A DNA stretch of 64,000 nucleotides from the human T2T-CHM13v2.0 reference genome, Homo sapiens: assembly GCF_009914755.1 (NCBI RefSeq), contig NC_060928.1, one strand, 5' to 3'. Within the stretch, counting starts at the first letter, position 1. Every line of letters starts with the position of its first letter. The notes under the pieces were generated by a model that searched no databases, was not told the DNA's origin, and saw nothing but the letters and a program-made list of their open reading frames with translations. The position numbers were made by a program, and so were the translations under genes. Positions 12,590-25,828 of this stretch are shown in pieces.

Positions 12590-12900
12590 AACAGATCTTT
12601 AGACAAGGATGTGTGAGCATACTTATTTGGGAGGTGATCTCTGGAAACAGGGCTGAGGGAATGGGAAGATCGAGACATGGAAAGGGAAACATGCATTATA
12701 AACCAGGTTCCTATGGTGAATGCCTGGGGCTCTGTGCTCCTGGGAATTTTCTATGGAACCTGCCAGGATGAGCTTCAGCATTATCTCTCTGAATGATGAA
12801 AGGAGAGCATCCACTCCCTGGCTCTCATTCTCCAGTAGTAAAGAATTCCCTTGCAGGCATTTATTCACCCACCCTCCTGAGCTATACCACTTACATGAGC
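12590..12900 (-). mobile_element. ERVL LTR fragment (LTR33/LTR41-like)
   Basis: agacaaggatgtgtgagcatacttatttgggaggtgatc...gagacatggaaagggaa resembles the reversed ERVL LTR 3' end. Confidence 0.55.
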
Positions 12901-12908
12901 GAAGCAGC

Positions 12909-12948
12909 CTTCAGTGGTTTGGGCCCATCTTCAGTGGTTTGGGCCCAT
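12909..12948. repeat. 20-bp perfect tandem duplication
   Basis: cttcagtggtttgggcccat x2. Confidence 0.9.
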
Positions 12949-15365
12949 CTTCCATTGATACTCAAGAGAAAGCCCAAGAGGTTCATGTTTGCTTTCCCCC
13001 TGACCCTGAGTTCACACACAATTTCTAGCTTCTTGTTTTACAGTTTTTCAGTGGCTCACAGGTTCTATTAATTGCCTTATGATGATTTCTCAAATATGAT
13101 ATGGGTTTAGGACCTCTTGGTTTCAGCTCCATAGCTAGTAGCTCTTCCATCAACTAAATGGTCTTCCCTATAATCACCAAGCAGTTCTTTTATTTTTACA
13201 AATGCTCAGAACTATCTTTCTATGAAGTTTATTTTCCCACCTCCTCTATTTAACCACCCATATCTATTTTGCTTATCAAATATGGCTTATAATTCAAAGC
13301 CTCACTTGGCTGCTGCATCATCCATGAAATGTTCTCTGATTTCCCCAATATGATATGATACCTCCTTTCCATTATTAATGCATTCCTGTGATTATAAGTA
13401 AAAGAGTATTTTTTACCCAATAAAATTCAAAGGTCAACTGAACATCCTGTGGTTTCAAATTCAAAAGCAGTAGAAAAATCACCCTCCCCAAGCATTCCAG
13501 GAATACTAGAATGGTGTGGGGGTGACTTACAGATGATCAGTTTCTGTTTCCTCTGATTTAATTTTGTTTGTGAGTCACTTGCATTTGGTGTCTCTATTTA
13601 GGCTCATGTCAAAACAAATCTGATATGTAGCTCCCTTCTCTTAAGTCCAGCAACAACAATAACAGTAACATAGCTCTCTATTAGCCTTTATTTGCCTAGA
13701 AGACTAACAAGGCTTCTAATGTATCATTGAAATAAAAAAATTTTATTGGCCATTCATGCCAATAGAGATTCAGATTTCCTCCATGATAATGAGCACCTTT
13801 AAATCTTCTATACCTGCATTCTGTCATGCCTCTCTCCCCATCAGTCTTAAATCTATGTTGATTTCACATGCCAAGTTTGTTTCTTTTACATCATGTTCTC
13901 AACCCTCAATTTCAACATCAGTGTGGCCATCAAGGGCAATTGATTTCCTCCAAGGAACACTGGTAGGGCTAGTAAAATAATATTTTGCCTTTAAAGTATA
14001 GATATCAATAGAAGACAGACATGAACCTGATATCGATGACTTCTAAGAGAGAGTCTTGCTGGGTCTGACTCTACTTTAAAGGCTTAGACTTTTACCAGCA
14101 CCTAGGCACAATAAGGCACTGAGATAATGACTCACTGAACACACAATACAAAACTGGTATGTTCTCAGAGTATCAATTTATGATGATAAATGTAACGATC
14201 TTGTTGGCCAGAGATATTCAGATCTCTTGTATATCTTTTCTTCTTCTGTGGCCAATGAACTTGGGAACCCATATTATAACTAGGAACTGTTATTAATTAA
14301 ACTATGAGAAATCATTATGACAGGGAATAGCAACGTTTAAAATCTTTGTCATTAGTGCAATATCTTCCTGATACCCCTTGGCAAATACAGAAAGAACAAG
14401 GACCCCATAAAAAGTTAGAATTCCATAATCAATGGTAATTGAGCTATATATCTACAGTAAGTCCTTGCCAATGGCAAGTGATTGATTGGACACTGCTAAC
14501 ATTAATTTTTCTGATTCTTCTCTTTCTGTGTTACCTGCCATATCCAACCTCATTCTGATTGAGACATTGCTTTGTAAGTATATTAATATGTTCAGAAATG
14601 TTACTCTTACATCTTGTTGTCAGAGGAACCACCCTCCATTTCAGGACATTTTACAATTTTTCGCATTGTCTTTTATATGTTATCTTACAGCTTAATTTCC
14701 CTCTATTCCAAGCTACATATTTTGGTTTAGAAAAAGCACTGATACTCTATAATTGCTAGCTTTAATCTTAAAATTCTCCTTATATAAATAAAATGTATGT
14801 TACATTTTATTATTTCCCATTTTATTATCTATATGTAAGTCTGTAACATGTTTTACTCCATTGACATTTGCCTTATTGTAGATATTTTTCTATATGCCCA
14901 AAGTTTTCTCTTAAATTATGAACTCTTTGATGACAGGAACAAAATTTAAGGCCAGTTGAGTAGAGACCTAGAGGGAAGTTAACTACCCTACATAAGGCAA
15001 AATGTAAAGGAGCAGCTAGTGGTAGGCATTTTGTAGAGCACATGGAAAAAGGTGAAAAATTGTCTTAAAATATCATTAATAAGAACTCATATCATTATGT
15101 TGAAATTTGAGGAATTACAGATGCAATATTTTTGAAAAGGAATAATATTGTCCTCGATCCATGGCTATGCCAAACCAGTGAAGGGTATGAAATGAGAACA
15201 GTACTCACTGGACACTTCAAGGTGAATTGAAAGACCCAGAGTGACAGAGGAATTCCATTCAAGAAGAGGGATATGATTTGCCAGATGGAATGAAAAATAC
15301 ATTTGACGTCAAATGATTGACACGTATCATCACTGCATGAGTATCTGCAATTAAAAAGAAAAAGA

Positions 15366-15520
15366 GGTCAGGTGAAGTAGCTCAAGCCTCTAATTCCAGG
15401 AGTTTGGGAGGCTGAGGAGAGAGGCAATCCTCTCTCCTCAGCCTGGGCAAGATAGTGAGAACTCTTCCAACCTGTGTGACAGAGAGAGACCCTGTCTCAG
15501 ATAGATAAATAAATAAATAA
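15366..15520 (+). mobile_element. Rearranged, internally deleted old Alu (J/FLAM-like)
   Basis: Left-arm start ggtcaggtgaagtagctcaagcctctaattccag joined to right-arm end gacagagagagaccctgtctca plus (TAAA)n tail. Confidence 0.75.
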
Positions 15521-15524
15521 AGGT

Positions 15525-16118
15525 ATGGCAACTCAAAGATCTAGGACTAGAAATGCCATTGGACCCAACAATCCCATTGCTGGGTGTATATCCAAAGGAA
15601 TAGAAATCATTCTACTACAAAGATACATGCTCATGAATGTTCATTGCAGCGCTATTCACAATAGCAAAGACATGGAATCAACCCAAATGGCCATCAATGA
15701 TAGACTGGATGAAGAAAATGTGGTACATTTACACAATGAAATACTACACAGCCATAAAAACGAATGAGACCATGTCCCTTGCAGGGACATGGATGAAGCT
15801 GGAAGCCATTATCCTCAGCAAACTAACACAGGAACAGAAAACCAAACACCGCATGTTCTCACTTATAAGTGGGAGCTGAGCAATGAGAACATGTAGACAC
15901 AGGGAAGGAAACAACACATACTGGGGCCTGTCAGGGGTGGGGGGCAGTGGGGAGAAGGAGAGCATTAGGAAAAATAGCTAGTGCATGCTGGGCTTAATAC
16001 ATAGGTGATGGGTTGATAGGTACAACAAACCACCATGGCACAGGTTTATCTCTGTAAAAAACCTGCACATGCTGCACATGTACCCCAGAACTTAAAATAA
16101 AAATTAACATTAAAAAAA
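15525..16118 (+). mobile_element. L1 3' end (older L1PA), 5'-truncated
   Basis: MFIAALFTIAKTWNQPKWPSMIDW ORF2 C-terminus, 3'UTR, A tail. Confidence 0.9.
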
Positions 16119-16129
16119 GAAAAGCAAAA

Positions 16130-16830
16130 GTGGTAAGTCTCCGGTGGTTAAAGCTTTAGGGAATTTCCTCCCAAGTTTGAGGTACAGCTCTCCCACTTGC
16201 TACTGAGACACATTGGTAAATTTCTGTTTCTTCATTTGTACAATGAGGATGATAACACCTACCTTTGAGAGCTGTTGTGAAGATGACATCATGTCGCTTC
16301 AGATTTATGGAGTACTAACTGTGGTCCAGGCACTCTCTAGACACTTGCTTGTAGCATTTCAAGCACTCATTTCAAGGGTACTGAGATAGTTGTCATTGCT
16401 TACCAGTATTTCATGCAATCGTTTTAAGGGTACTGAGATAGATGCCATTGCTTACCGTGGAGAAAAGGGAAGCACAGAAAGATCGTTCAGGGTCATGCAG
16501 GTGACACATGTTGGAGCTGGAATTTGAACCCAAGCATTCAGATCCCAGAGGATCCCCTGCTCTTACCCAGATGACTGACTTGTAAATGACTTACCATCTC
16601 ATTAGTTTCTTTAAATGAGATAATGCACAAAAGTCTTTCTATCAAAGCTTAAAACATAAAAAACCATGAAAATTATTGGAATGAGTGTCAGACCACCTTA
16701 ATTCTGGTTTTTGCTGTGCCACTAAACGGACGTGTAGTTTTGTGCAAACCAATTCTCTCTGGGATTCATTTCTCTCACCTGTAAAATGAAGCATTTTCTG
16801 TGACATTGCCTGAGCTTACTTTTTGCTCCA
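16130..16830. mobile_element. Cluster of MIR fragments (both strands)
   Basis: Cores ctgtttcttcatttgtacaatgagg, ggagctggaatttgaacccaag, tttctctcacctgtaaaatg. Confidence 0.55.
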
Positions 16831-17755
16831 ATGGCCTATGATTTCTATGCAAATTTAAGGGCTATTTATTAAACACCTTACAGGCTACACTGAGCACACC
16901 TTAAAGACTTTAAACTTTGTTTCCTGGGTGCTTAGTTTTACCAAGTATTTTAGAGAGGATGCTAGATTTCAGGGGAATTAACAAGGCTAGAAATTTCATT
17001 TGCATTTTTTTTGCTTGATCCAAGCACTAAGAGAAAGAGAAAAAAAATCAAGTAAAAATTTTATCTTTTTTTCCAGAAGGAGGCTCATAGCTACAGAGGT
17101 GGAGAGATTCCATTGCCTGTCCAGAGTGATCTTAAATGTCCCTTGAAATACATTGATCTGGGGTCCTAACATGTGTAATTTCATTTTTAGTAATGGTAGG
17201 TCTGCAGCATTAGTTGCAGTTGCCAAAAAAGGGTTGACATTTATTATAGGCTCAGACATGGAGAAAAATGATTCTTCACATGAATGCATTTGCCTAAAGC
17301 AATGATAGTCTCAGAGGGAAATCATAAACAGAAAGAAAATGCTACTTGACTGCTCCCAAATCTTGTGAATCTTAGATAGGCTGGAGAAGAAATAATTAGT
17401 GTTAAGAAGAATTTGCTTCTCTTTTTCCTTACCTCACTGCACTGGACTCTTTTCTTGTGCTCTGCCAATATCCCATTGATATTATACTTACCACCCCATG
17501 TATGCCAATGCCTTCTGCCAAAAGCACCTGACATTCTCTGCTCAGATTTTCTCTGCTGAGCATGGGGCAGGCCAGAGATACAAGGTAGTGGATGATCCTG
17601 AAAGCAGTCTTTAGGTAATGCCACATGACAAGTGATGGATAAGCATCTCAGTTTCCTGATCCCTGCAGCAGGAAATCTTCAAGGTCTGTTCTTCATGGCC
17701 TCCACAGGTCCTGAAGAAGATTGAGCCCCAGCGCCCATCTCAGTAATACATTCTT

Positions 17756-18058
17756 TTATTTATTTATTTATTTTTTTGAGGAGTCTCGCTCTGTCGCCCA
17801 GGCTGGACTGCAGTGGTGCAATCTCAGCTCACTACAAGCTCCGCCTCCCAGTTTCGCACCATTCTCCTGCCTCAGCCTCGTAAGTAGCTGGGACTACAAG
17901 CACCCGCCACCACGCCTAGCTAATTTTTTTTTGTATTTTTTGTAGAGACGGGGCTTCACGGTGTTAGCCAGGATGGTCTCTATCTCCTGACCTTATGATC
18001 CATCCGCCTCGGCCTCCCAAAGTGCTGGGATTACAGGCATGAGCCACCGCTCCTGGCC
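17756..18058 (-). mobile_element. AluY-like
   Basis: caagctccgcctcc, gtgttagccaggatgg diagnostics; 16-bp TSD tcagtaatacattctt at 17740-17755 and 18059-18074. Confidence 0.92.
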
Positions 18059-19011
18059 TCAGTAATACATTCTTAAATGCACTTTGTATTGGCATCTGTG
18101 ATGGCTTTGAGAATACACCTGCCAGATCTCTGACTGCACATTGACTGAGAGCTCCAGCTGCTCTGCTCTTTTTTTAAAATAATTTTAATATTTTTGTTTT
18201 TCAACTTTTATTCTGGATCGGGGGTACAAGTGCAGGTTTGTTTCATGGGTATATTGCATAATGCTGAGGTTTTGAGTACAAATGCTTCTGTCACAAAGTA
18301 CTGAGCATAGTGTCCAACAGGAAACATTGTAGCCCATGCCTCCCACTCTCCCCACTCTAGTAGTCCCTAGTGTCTATAGTTCCCACCTTTGTGTCAATGT
18401 GTATTCAATGTTTAACTCCTGCTTATACGTAAGACCATGCAGTATTTTGTTTTCTGTTCCTGTGTTAATTGTTTTAGGATCATGACCTCTAGCTGCATTC
18501 TTGTTGCTGCAAAAGACATGATTTCATTCATTTTTATGGCTGCATATTATTCCATGGTGCATATGTACCATATTTTCCTTATCCAATCCATCCTTGATTG
18601 GCAGCCGGGTTGATTACATGCCTTTGTTATTGTAAATAGTTCTGTGATGAACATATGAGTGCAGGTGTCTTTTTGGTGTAATGATCTATTTTCCTTTGTG
18701 TCTGTGCCCAGTAATGGGATTGCTGGGTCAAATGGCAGTTCTTTCTTAAGTGTTTTGAGAAGTCTCCACACTGCTTTCCACAGTGGCTGAACTGACTTAC
18801 AACCTCATCAACAGTGCATAAGCATTCCCTGTTCTCCATAGCCTCACCATCATTTGCTTTAGTTTGTTTTTTTTTTTTTTTTTTTGACTTTTTAATAATA
18901 GCCATTCAGACTGGTGTGAGATGGTATCTCATTGTGGTTTTGATTTGCATTTATCTAATAAATAGTGATGATGAGCATTTGTTCATATGTTTGTTGGCAG
19001 CTTGCATATCT

Positions 19012-19175
19012 TATTTTAATTTTTTGCCTTTATTTTTTGTGTGTACATAGTAGCTGTATATATTTATGAGGCACTTGAGATATTTTGATACAAACATATA
19101 TGCAAAATAATCATATCCTGAAGAATGAGGTATCCATCCCCTCAAGCATTTATCCTTTGTGTTACAAACAATACT
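19012..19175 (-). mobile_element. L1MA1-3-type 3' end fragment nested in the L1
   Basis: gtacatagtagctgtatatatttatg..gagatattttgatac..ggtatccatcccctcaagcatttatcctttgtgttacaaacaat is the L1MA 3'UTR terminus. Confidence 0.75.
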
Positions 19176-19421
19176 ATTAAATTCTTGTAGATGCTGGATA
19201 TTAGACCTCCGTCGGAGACAAGGTTTGAGAATATTTTCTCCCATTCTGTAGGTTATCTGTTTACTCTGTTGATAGTTTATATTGCTGTGCAGAAGCTCTT
19301 TGGTCTAATTAGATCCCACCTGTCAATTTTTGTTTTTGTTACAATTGCTTTTTGGGGACTTAGCCATAAATTATTTGCCAAAGCTGATGTTGAGAGAGGT
19401 ATTTCCTAAGTTTTCCTCTAG

Positions 19422-19733
<312 letters not shown>

Positions 19734-20257
19734 TCTTCTAGGATTTTTATGGTTTGAGATCTTTAAAATCTTTTACATTGAAATCTTTAATCTGTCTTGA
19801 GATAATTTTTGTACATGGTGTAAGGTAGGGGTCCAGTTTCATTCTCCTGTATATGGCTAGCCAGTTATCACAGAACCATTTATTGAATAGAGAGTCATTT
19901 CCCCATTGCTTATTTTTGTTGACTTTGTCAATGATCAGATGGTTGTAGGTGTGCAGCTTTAATTCCAGATTCTTTATTCTGTTTCATTGATCTATGTATC
20001 TGTTTTTGTACCAGTACCATGCTGTTTTGGTTACTGTAGCCTTACAGTATAGTTTGAAGTCAGGTAATGTGATGACTCTGGCTTTGTTCATTTGCTTAGG
20101 ATTACTTTGGCTATTTGGGCTCTTTTTTTGTTTCATATGAAAGTATACAATAATTTTATCTAATTCTGTGAAAAATGACATTAGTCGTTTGATAAGAATA
20201 GTGTTGAGTCTGTAGCTTGCTTTGGGCAATATGGCCATTTTAATGTTAAAAGGCTTT

Positions 20258-20297
<40 letters not shown>

Positions 20298-20587
20298 AGA
20301 CAGAGTCTCGCTCTGTCACCCAGGCTGGAGTGCAGTGGCATGACCTCCGCTCACTGCAACTCCACCTCCCAGGTTCATGACATTCTCCTGCCTCAGCCTC
20401 CCAAGTAGCTGGGACTACAGGTGCCCGCCACCATGCCTGGCTAATTTTTTGTATTTTTTTTTTTTTTTTAGTAGAGATGGGGTTTCACTGTGTTAGCCAG
20501 GATGGTCTTGATCTCCTGACCTCGTGATTCACCTGCCTCAGCCTCCCAAAGTGCTGAGATTACAGGCATGAGCCACCACACCTGGCC
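20258..20587 (-). mobile_element. AluY/Sc-like with long poly-T
   Basis: Full dimer, gtgttagccaggatgg; TSD ttaaaaggcttt / ttaaaatgcttt. Confidence 0.93.
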
Positions 20588-21136
20588 CATTAAAATGCTT
20601 TGTTCTTAAATCCAACACTGCATTTGCACTCAGACCATACTTTCCAGGGACCTCTCCGAGTCAAAGACTGAGAGAAGCAGGTATACTAAGGCAGAGGTGG
20701 CATTCCTCTGATGGCTTACCATTGCCCAAGGATGGTCTGTAGGCTTTAACAAACTTTCCTTAGCAATTTAAGATGCTTCCACCCAACAGTCCCTTTTTCC
20801 TTCTCCCTTTACTAGGGATTAGACCTCAGCTGCAATCTGACTGCTCCCCTAGCATCTCCTGCTCCCTCCTGTTTTCTTTTATTCAGGTATTTCCACCTAA
20901 TAAAATCCTTATACATGTATTCCTTCCTTGATGTTTTGCTTCTCAGAGGACCTGGAATAACATAGCTTCCTTCCCTTCTTTGTTTCATTTCCTTGCTCCC
21001 TACCAGTGTTTCCTGGGATGACCCAAGATACTGCTTGCATTTAAATCTGCCTCCTACTCCGCTATGGAGGAAGACAACTTAAGATGATCCTTCCTCCTTT
21101 AACCCATAACATCATGTAACGTCTACATTTATCCGA

Positions 21137-21156
21137 CACACACACACACACACACG
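21137..21156. repeat. (CA)n microsatellite
   Basis: acacacacacacacacacac. Confidence 0.9.
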
Positions 21157-21949
21157 CAAAATGTGTACACATTCATCTTGTGGTACTTCACTACAAAATT
21201 ATTTGAGACAATGTTCTGCCACAGGTTCACAGGGAGGGTTGGCAGACAATGTTAAATGCTGATATATTTTGGGAAGCTTCAGCAATTTGGGGAAAACAGC
21301 TGAAATCGTAGATGCTCCATATTAATTAATGTTCAGTTGACATTTTGAATTTCCTTGTCTATAAAAGAGAACCCCTCAGTGATGCCCCAAATCATTATTT
21401 CAAGCCGCTTATCACAATTCTTTCCATAGTTCATAAAACCATAAGTGGGATCTATATAATGTTGCTTTTTATCTGGACATATAAGTAGAATCCACCAAAA
21501 AGTTCAGCTTCTGTACTGATTGCAATGATATAAATTTCCATGACAGAAGGTGAAGATAATGGTAGCAAAATGATTTAACCTTTCTCTTTTGATAATGTTA
21601 CCACCCACCATATAGGAGTTTACTATTTTTAACTGGAAGAAGGCCCTTTCACCTTCCAGTTCAACATGAACTGAGATTAAATAAAACACAAAAGATTGCA
21701 AAACTAATGTGGGAACATGGGCTTATTATAACCTGAATCTTGAACAAAAATAGGCACATTTGAGGTCATCTTGAGACTTCGTCTTTCTTCAATAATTTTG
21801 ACTTTATCTGGATAATACATTTTCTTGAGTTACTGCTTATCAGATGAAGCCACAACTCTATAGTTACCCAGCAATCTAGCAACCAGTATCACTAATACAA
21901 GAGTTTTGGCGCTGGTAACATACTCTGGCTCTTACCCAGGCCCATGACC

Positions 21950-22885
21950 TCATGGCCTGAAGAAATTTGGACCTGCCAGGTATATGAGATAGTTGTGCCC
22001 TGCTCGTATGCTCTCCACTCATATTTCTGCTCCAGCCATTGCTAGTGCAATCAGTTGCAAGTAGGTAGAATCTTATGGTATGACCCCTCTGTTGCACCAA
22101 ACATCTCATGCTGCCACATGAGTCACTTGTGACAATGAGTTAAGCCATTTTGACATATAGCCAAATATGGAATTATGATGGAGTTAATACTTGTATTAGT
22201 CCATTCCCACACTGCTATAAAGACATAACTGAAACTGGGTAATTTATAAAGAAAAGAGGTTTAATTGGCTCAGGTTCTGTGGGTTATACAGGCTTCTACT
22301 TCAGGGGAGGCCTCAGGAAACTTATGATCATGGTGGAAGATGATGAAGAGGAACGCACTTCTTCACATGACCAGCAGTGGAGGGAGAGAGTGAAGAGGGA
22401 GGCGATACACACTTTCAAACAATCATATCTCCTGAGAACTCTATCATGAGAACAGCAAGCAGGGAGGCCGCACACGTGACTTAATCACTTCCCACCAGGC
22501 CCCTCCTCCAACACTGCGGATCACAATTCAACATGAGATTTGGGTGGGGACACAGAGCCGAACCATGTCAATACTCTATGGGACAATTCTTGTCCAATGG
22601 GAGATTGGAGCCAGTGGATAAATCCAGCCCTCTCCTGTCCTTCATGTGGAAAAGTTCAAGGAGCATTCTACATGACTCATGGCTCAAAAGTTTCCAAGTA
22701 GGGTTTAGCTCAAGAGGTCTGTGCCAGTGACAATCCCAATAACACCTTTAAGATATTCTTTGCTTTCTTCCTTGTTTCATTTTACCTATTTTCCCATTCT
22801 TTTCTTTGGAATTACTTCCTCAGATAAACTAGGTGATGCAAGCCATTGCCTAAGATTCTAATTTTTGAGAAATCTTGACTAACAT
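21950..22885 (+). mobile_element. LTR33-like ERVL LTR, split by MSTA
   Basis: ggagttaatact|ctatgggacaattcttgtccaatgggagattggagccagtggataaat..., 3' end ataaacta..gcaagccattgcctaag. Confidence 0.55.
22192..22570 (-). mobile_element. MSTA MaLR solo LTR
   Basis: tgtattagtccatt...gccgaaccatgtca; TSD ATACT at 22187-22191 and 22571-22575. Confidence 0.9.
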
Positions 22886-23989
22886 TCTGACCTAGAACTC
22901 ATGGGAGAAAAAATAAAGATAGAATCTAGAAAAAAACCTAGAGAAAGGGATTTGATATGGCTAGAGTTTGCCTGGAGTGGAGGCCATTCTAGAAGTTCAG
23001 TAGATAGAGGGGTAAGCATTTTGGCTCTAATTGCAGTGAATTTGAAACCCTAGGATACCCCAATAGAATTGGTGGGTACTGAGACGATGTTTATAATTTG
23101 GGGTACCAATGAGTTAAGTCTTGAGGTCAGTTTTTAGCTAAAAGTCCAGCCAAGCATGATAATCATAGCACTGCAAAGAAGAGATGAATATTCACTAGAA
23201 GTTTTGCAGAGCCTCTTGCCTTCATATGCAGCAGGAGCTCTTATAGTCAAAAACATGGTAGAACTGCCAAGGATGCATGAAAACAGCTACAAAAATGAAG
23301 ATAAAATAAACCACAATCATGTATACTCTGTAAAATCATAAAATGGCAGATAAAAATAATCAAGACAGAAAATAAAAGGACAAGTATAAATAGTGAGGTT
23401 TAACTTAAATTCCAATTCTACTTCATTCCCATTGTCTTGTAGAGATATCCACCACGATATATTAAAACATGACCCTTTTTCTCAAGGATCGTGTTCTGTG
23501 TCAGCCACTGAGGATATACGGATCTTCGGTCCAGGTTCCTGGGTGATTACTGCAAACTAGGAAAGATGCCCCAGCCTCAGCCAAGTGACCTGGGGATGAG
23601 GGCAATATGCCGGTGGGAAACCAGACTACTAAGCAAGACCAAGGCAGAAGACTGTTTGAGCAGATCTGGCAGCCATGCAGTTAGGGAGGCTGTGATACAG
23701 TGAGGGAAGCATTCACTCAAGGCAAATCAGATAATGGACTTACGGCAAAACAGAGTGTCATAGACTCCATAAGATGTTTGGGGAAAAAAAAGATGCTAAG
23801 ACACGAGCTGCTGTGTCCAGGACTTCCCAGAACCAAGGTGATAACTGCAAAGGCAGGAAAGGGTAGCAGTGCCTGCAAGTCAACCAGACTTGCAGCTGTG
23901 CAGTCTGTGGTGTACAGCATGGGCACACTGGAAAGAAGTCTTTCCCATCCAGCGATATCGATTTCTTGGGCATTCGTTAAGAACTAGGG

Positions 23990-24210
23990 CAGTGGTTCTC
24001 ATGCGGAGGAGATTTTGCCCCGGGGAGATGATTTTGGCCATGATTGAAAACATTTTTGGTTGCCAAAAATAGGGAAGTTGCCACAGATACGGGAGTTGCC
24101 ACTGGCATCTATTGAATAGGGAACACAGATGCTGTCAAACACCCTATAGTTCCCATAACGAAGATTTATCAGAACCCAAAGGTCCGTAGCCCTTCAGCTA
24201 AGGAATCCTG
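23990..24210 (+). mobile_element. MER20 (hAT-Charlie MITE)
   Basis: cagtggttctca...gattttgcccc..ctggcatcta..cctg; 8-bp TSD aactaggg / gactaggg. Confidence 0.85.
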
Positions 24211-24294
24211 GACTAGGGTGTTGTTTAAAAGCTTCTCAGGGATTCTCAACAGGAGAGAGAAAAGGAACTTCCTTGACATAAAGAGTTGGGGAAA

Positions 24295-24475
24295 AGTTAT
24301 ATCAGCTAAGCACCTGCCATGTGCCAGGTCTAGCACATGACTTTTCTTAAACCTCACAACCAAGGATAGACATTGTAACTCCATTTTACAAAACAGGAAA
24401 TAGGACCTCAGAAAGAGAAATTACTACGCAATAAAAAGCTCAATTTAGCTGGGGTTTAAACTCAAATCTGTTAGA
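24295..24475 (-). mobile_element. MIR
   Basis: cctcacaac...ctccattttacaaaacaggaaatagg.ctcaga. Confidence 0.6.
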
Positions 24476-25224
24476 TATAAAGGCGAAAGCGGAGACTAGT
24501 TTTTTTTTTCCAGTTTTAAAATGTAAATCGTTTTCATTGATTTTACAATTCTTAACAAGGCAGGAAAATGTCATTATGCTCATGACTAGCTTTAAGCATC
24601 AATAAGTTTAGTCTGATTTTACTAGATTTTTATAAATATAAACATTTTGCTATTATAATTCTTATGTAATCATTAAGATTTTGTTTAACACAGAAATATT
24701 AGGCATAGCTTTATTGGGAAGTTGAGATTACAGGTTATTTTCATTAGTGTCTAAATTTTTCTGAACTTTGCAATTTTAAAAATGATTAGCATATGTTAAA
24801 ATTATAAAGTTGCCAATTAGGTTTATTTTAATGTGATATAAATACACAATTATTTCAAGATACACAGTAAATTGCACAGAGGACATAGACTCATTTATTT
24901 GGGGATTATATAGATTTGTTGGCTGTGAAATCTAAAATCAGAGTCCATTTATTATCACATGTAATTATGTGTTACAAGAAGTGGACACAAATTTAAAAAG
25001 AAAAACAGGTATGCAATTTATATTTCCAGGGGGCTTTTAAAATATAGTTTTGCCTAAACTGATCAAAATATTTGAGGTGCCTTCTCCTCAAAACTGCCTG
25101 TGAAGTTTCTCTGGGTAACCCCACAGCTGACTCTAATTTCATTTTCTCCACAATTATTCTACCCATTATTGGGTGTAATATCCTCCACAACTCCACTCTC
25201 ACAGCGACTTGCTAGAATTTCTGC

Positions 25225-25362
25225 ATTGTTGTTAGCTGTCTCCCCCGAATTATAAGTCCTATAAGGCCAGGTTTTATGCTTATTCAACTATATATCCCCT
25301 TATCACCCAATGCAGCGTCTTGCACATAGTCGGAAGCCAATAGATTCTTGCTTAGATGAAAT
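25225..25362 (+). mobile_element. L2 3' end
   Basis: ctgtctcccc..tataagtcc..gcacatagtcggaagccaatagattcttg. Confidence 0.55.
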
Positions 25363-25808
25363 AATTCTAGCCCTGGGGCCAAGGTGCTAACATTGCCATG
25401 ATCTCGGAGAAGGAAGTGGTGGGGTATTGCAAATAGCGTCTATGCTTAGAAGGCACATTTATACGTAGGGTTAGTGCCCTCTATTTTTAATTTACTTGAT
25501 TATTCTACAATATCGACTTTTTTTTTTTCTTAAATAATTCTTTATTTACATCCAAACATCAAAAGTCATTCAAGTTGAAGCCCTTCCCACAAGCATTAAG
25601 TTCTGCTCACAAAATGTTCAGGAACATTAAAAATCTCTGACATGAAAAATGTGTTACATCACAAGATTTTAAGATGAACGAAGTAAATAAATATGTAGCT
25701 CTGCACTTGTGGAGCAGCGGTAGGCAGACCTGCGAGACGACTCTGGCCCAAAGCTTAAGGCTGCATCATCCGTCAGGTGTGGATGAGATCCATCGAAACA
25801 GTGAGCGA

Positions 25809-25828
25809 CGCCTGCCATCTACAGGCCA
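25809..25828 (-). promoter_or_regulatory. Candidate CTCF site
   Basis: Reverse complement TGGCCTGTAGATGGCAGGCG closely matches the CTCF core CCASYAGRKGGCRS; lies in non-repeat DNA with many retained CpGs. Confidence 0.5.
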
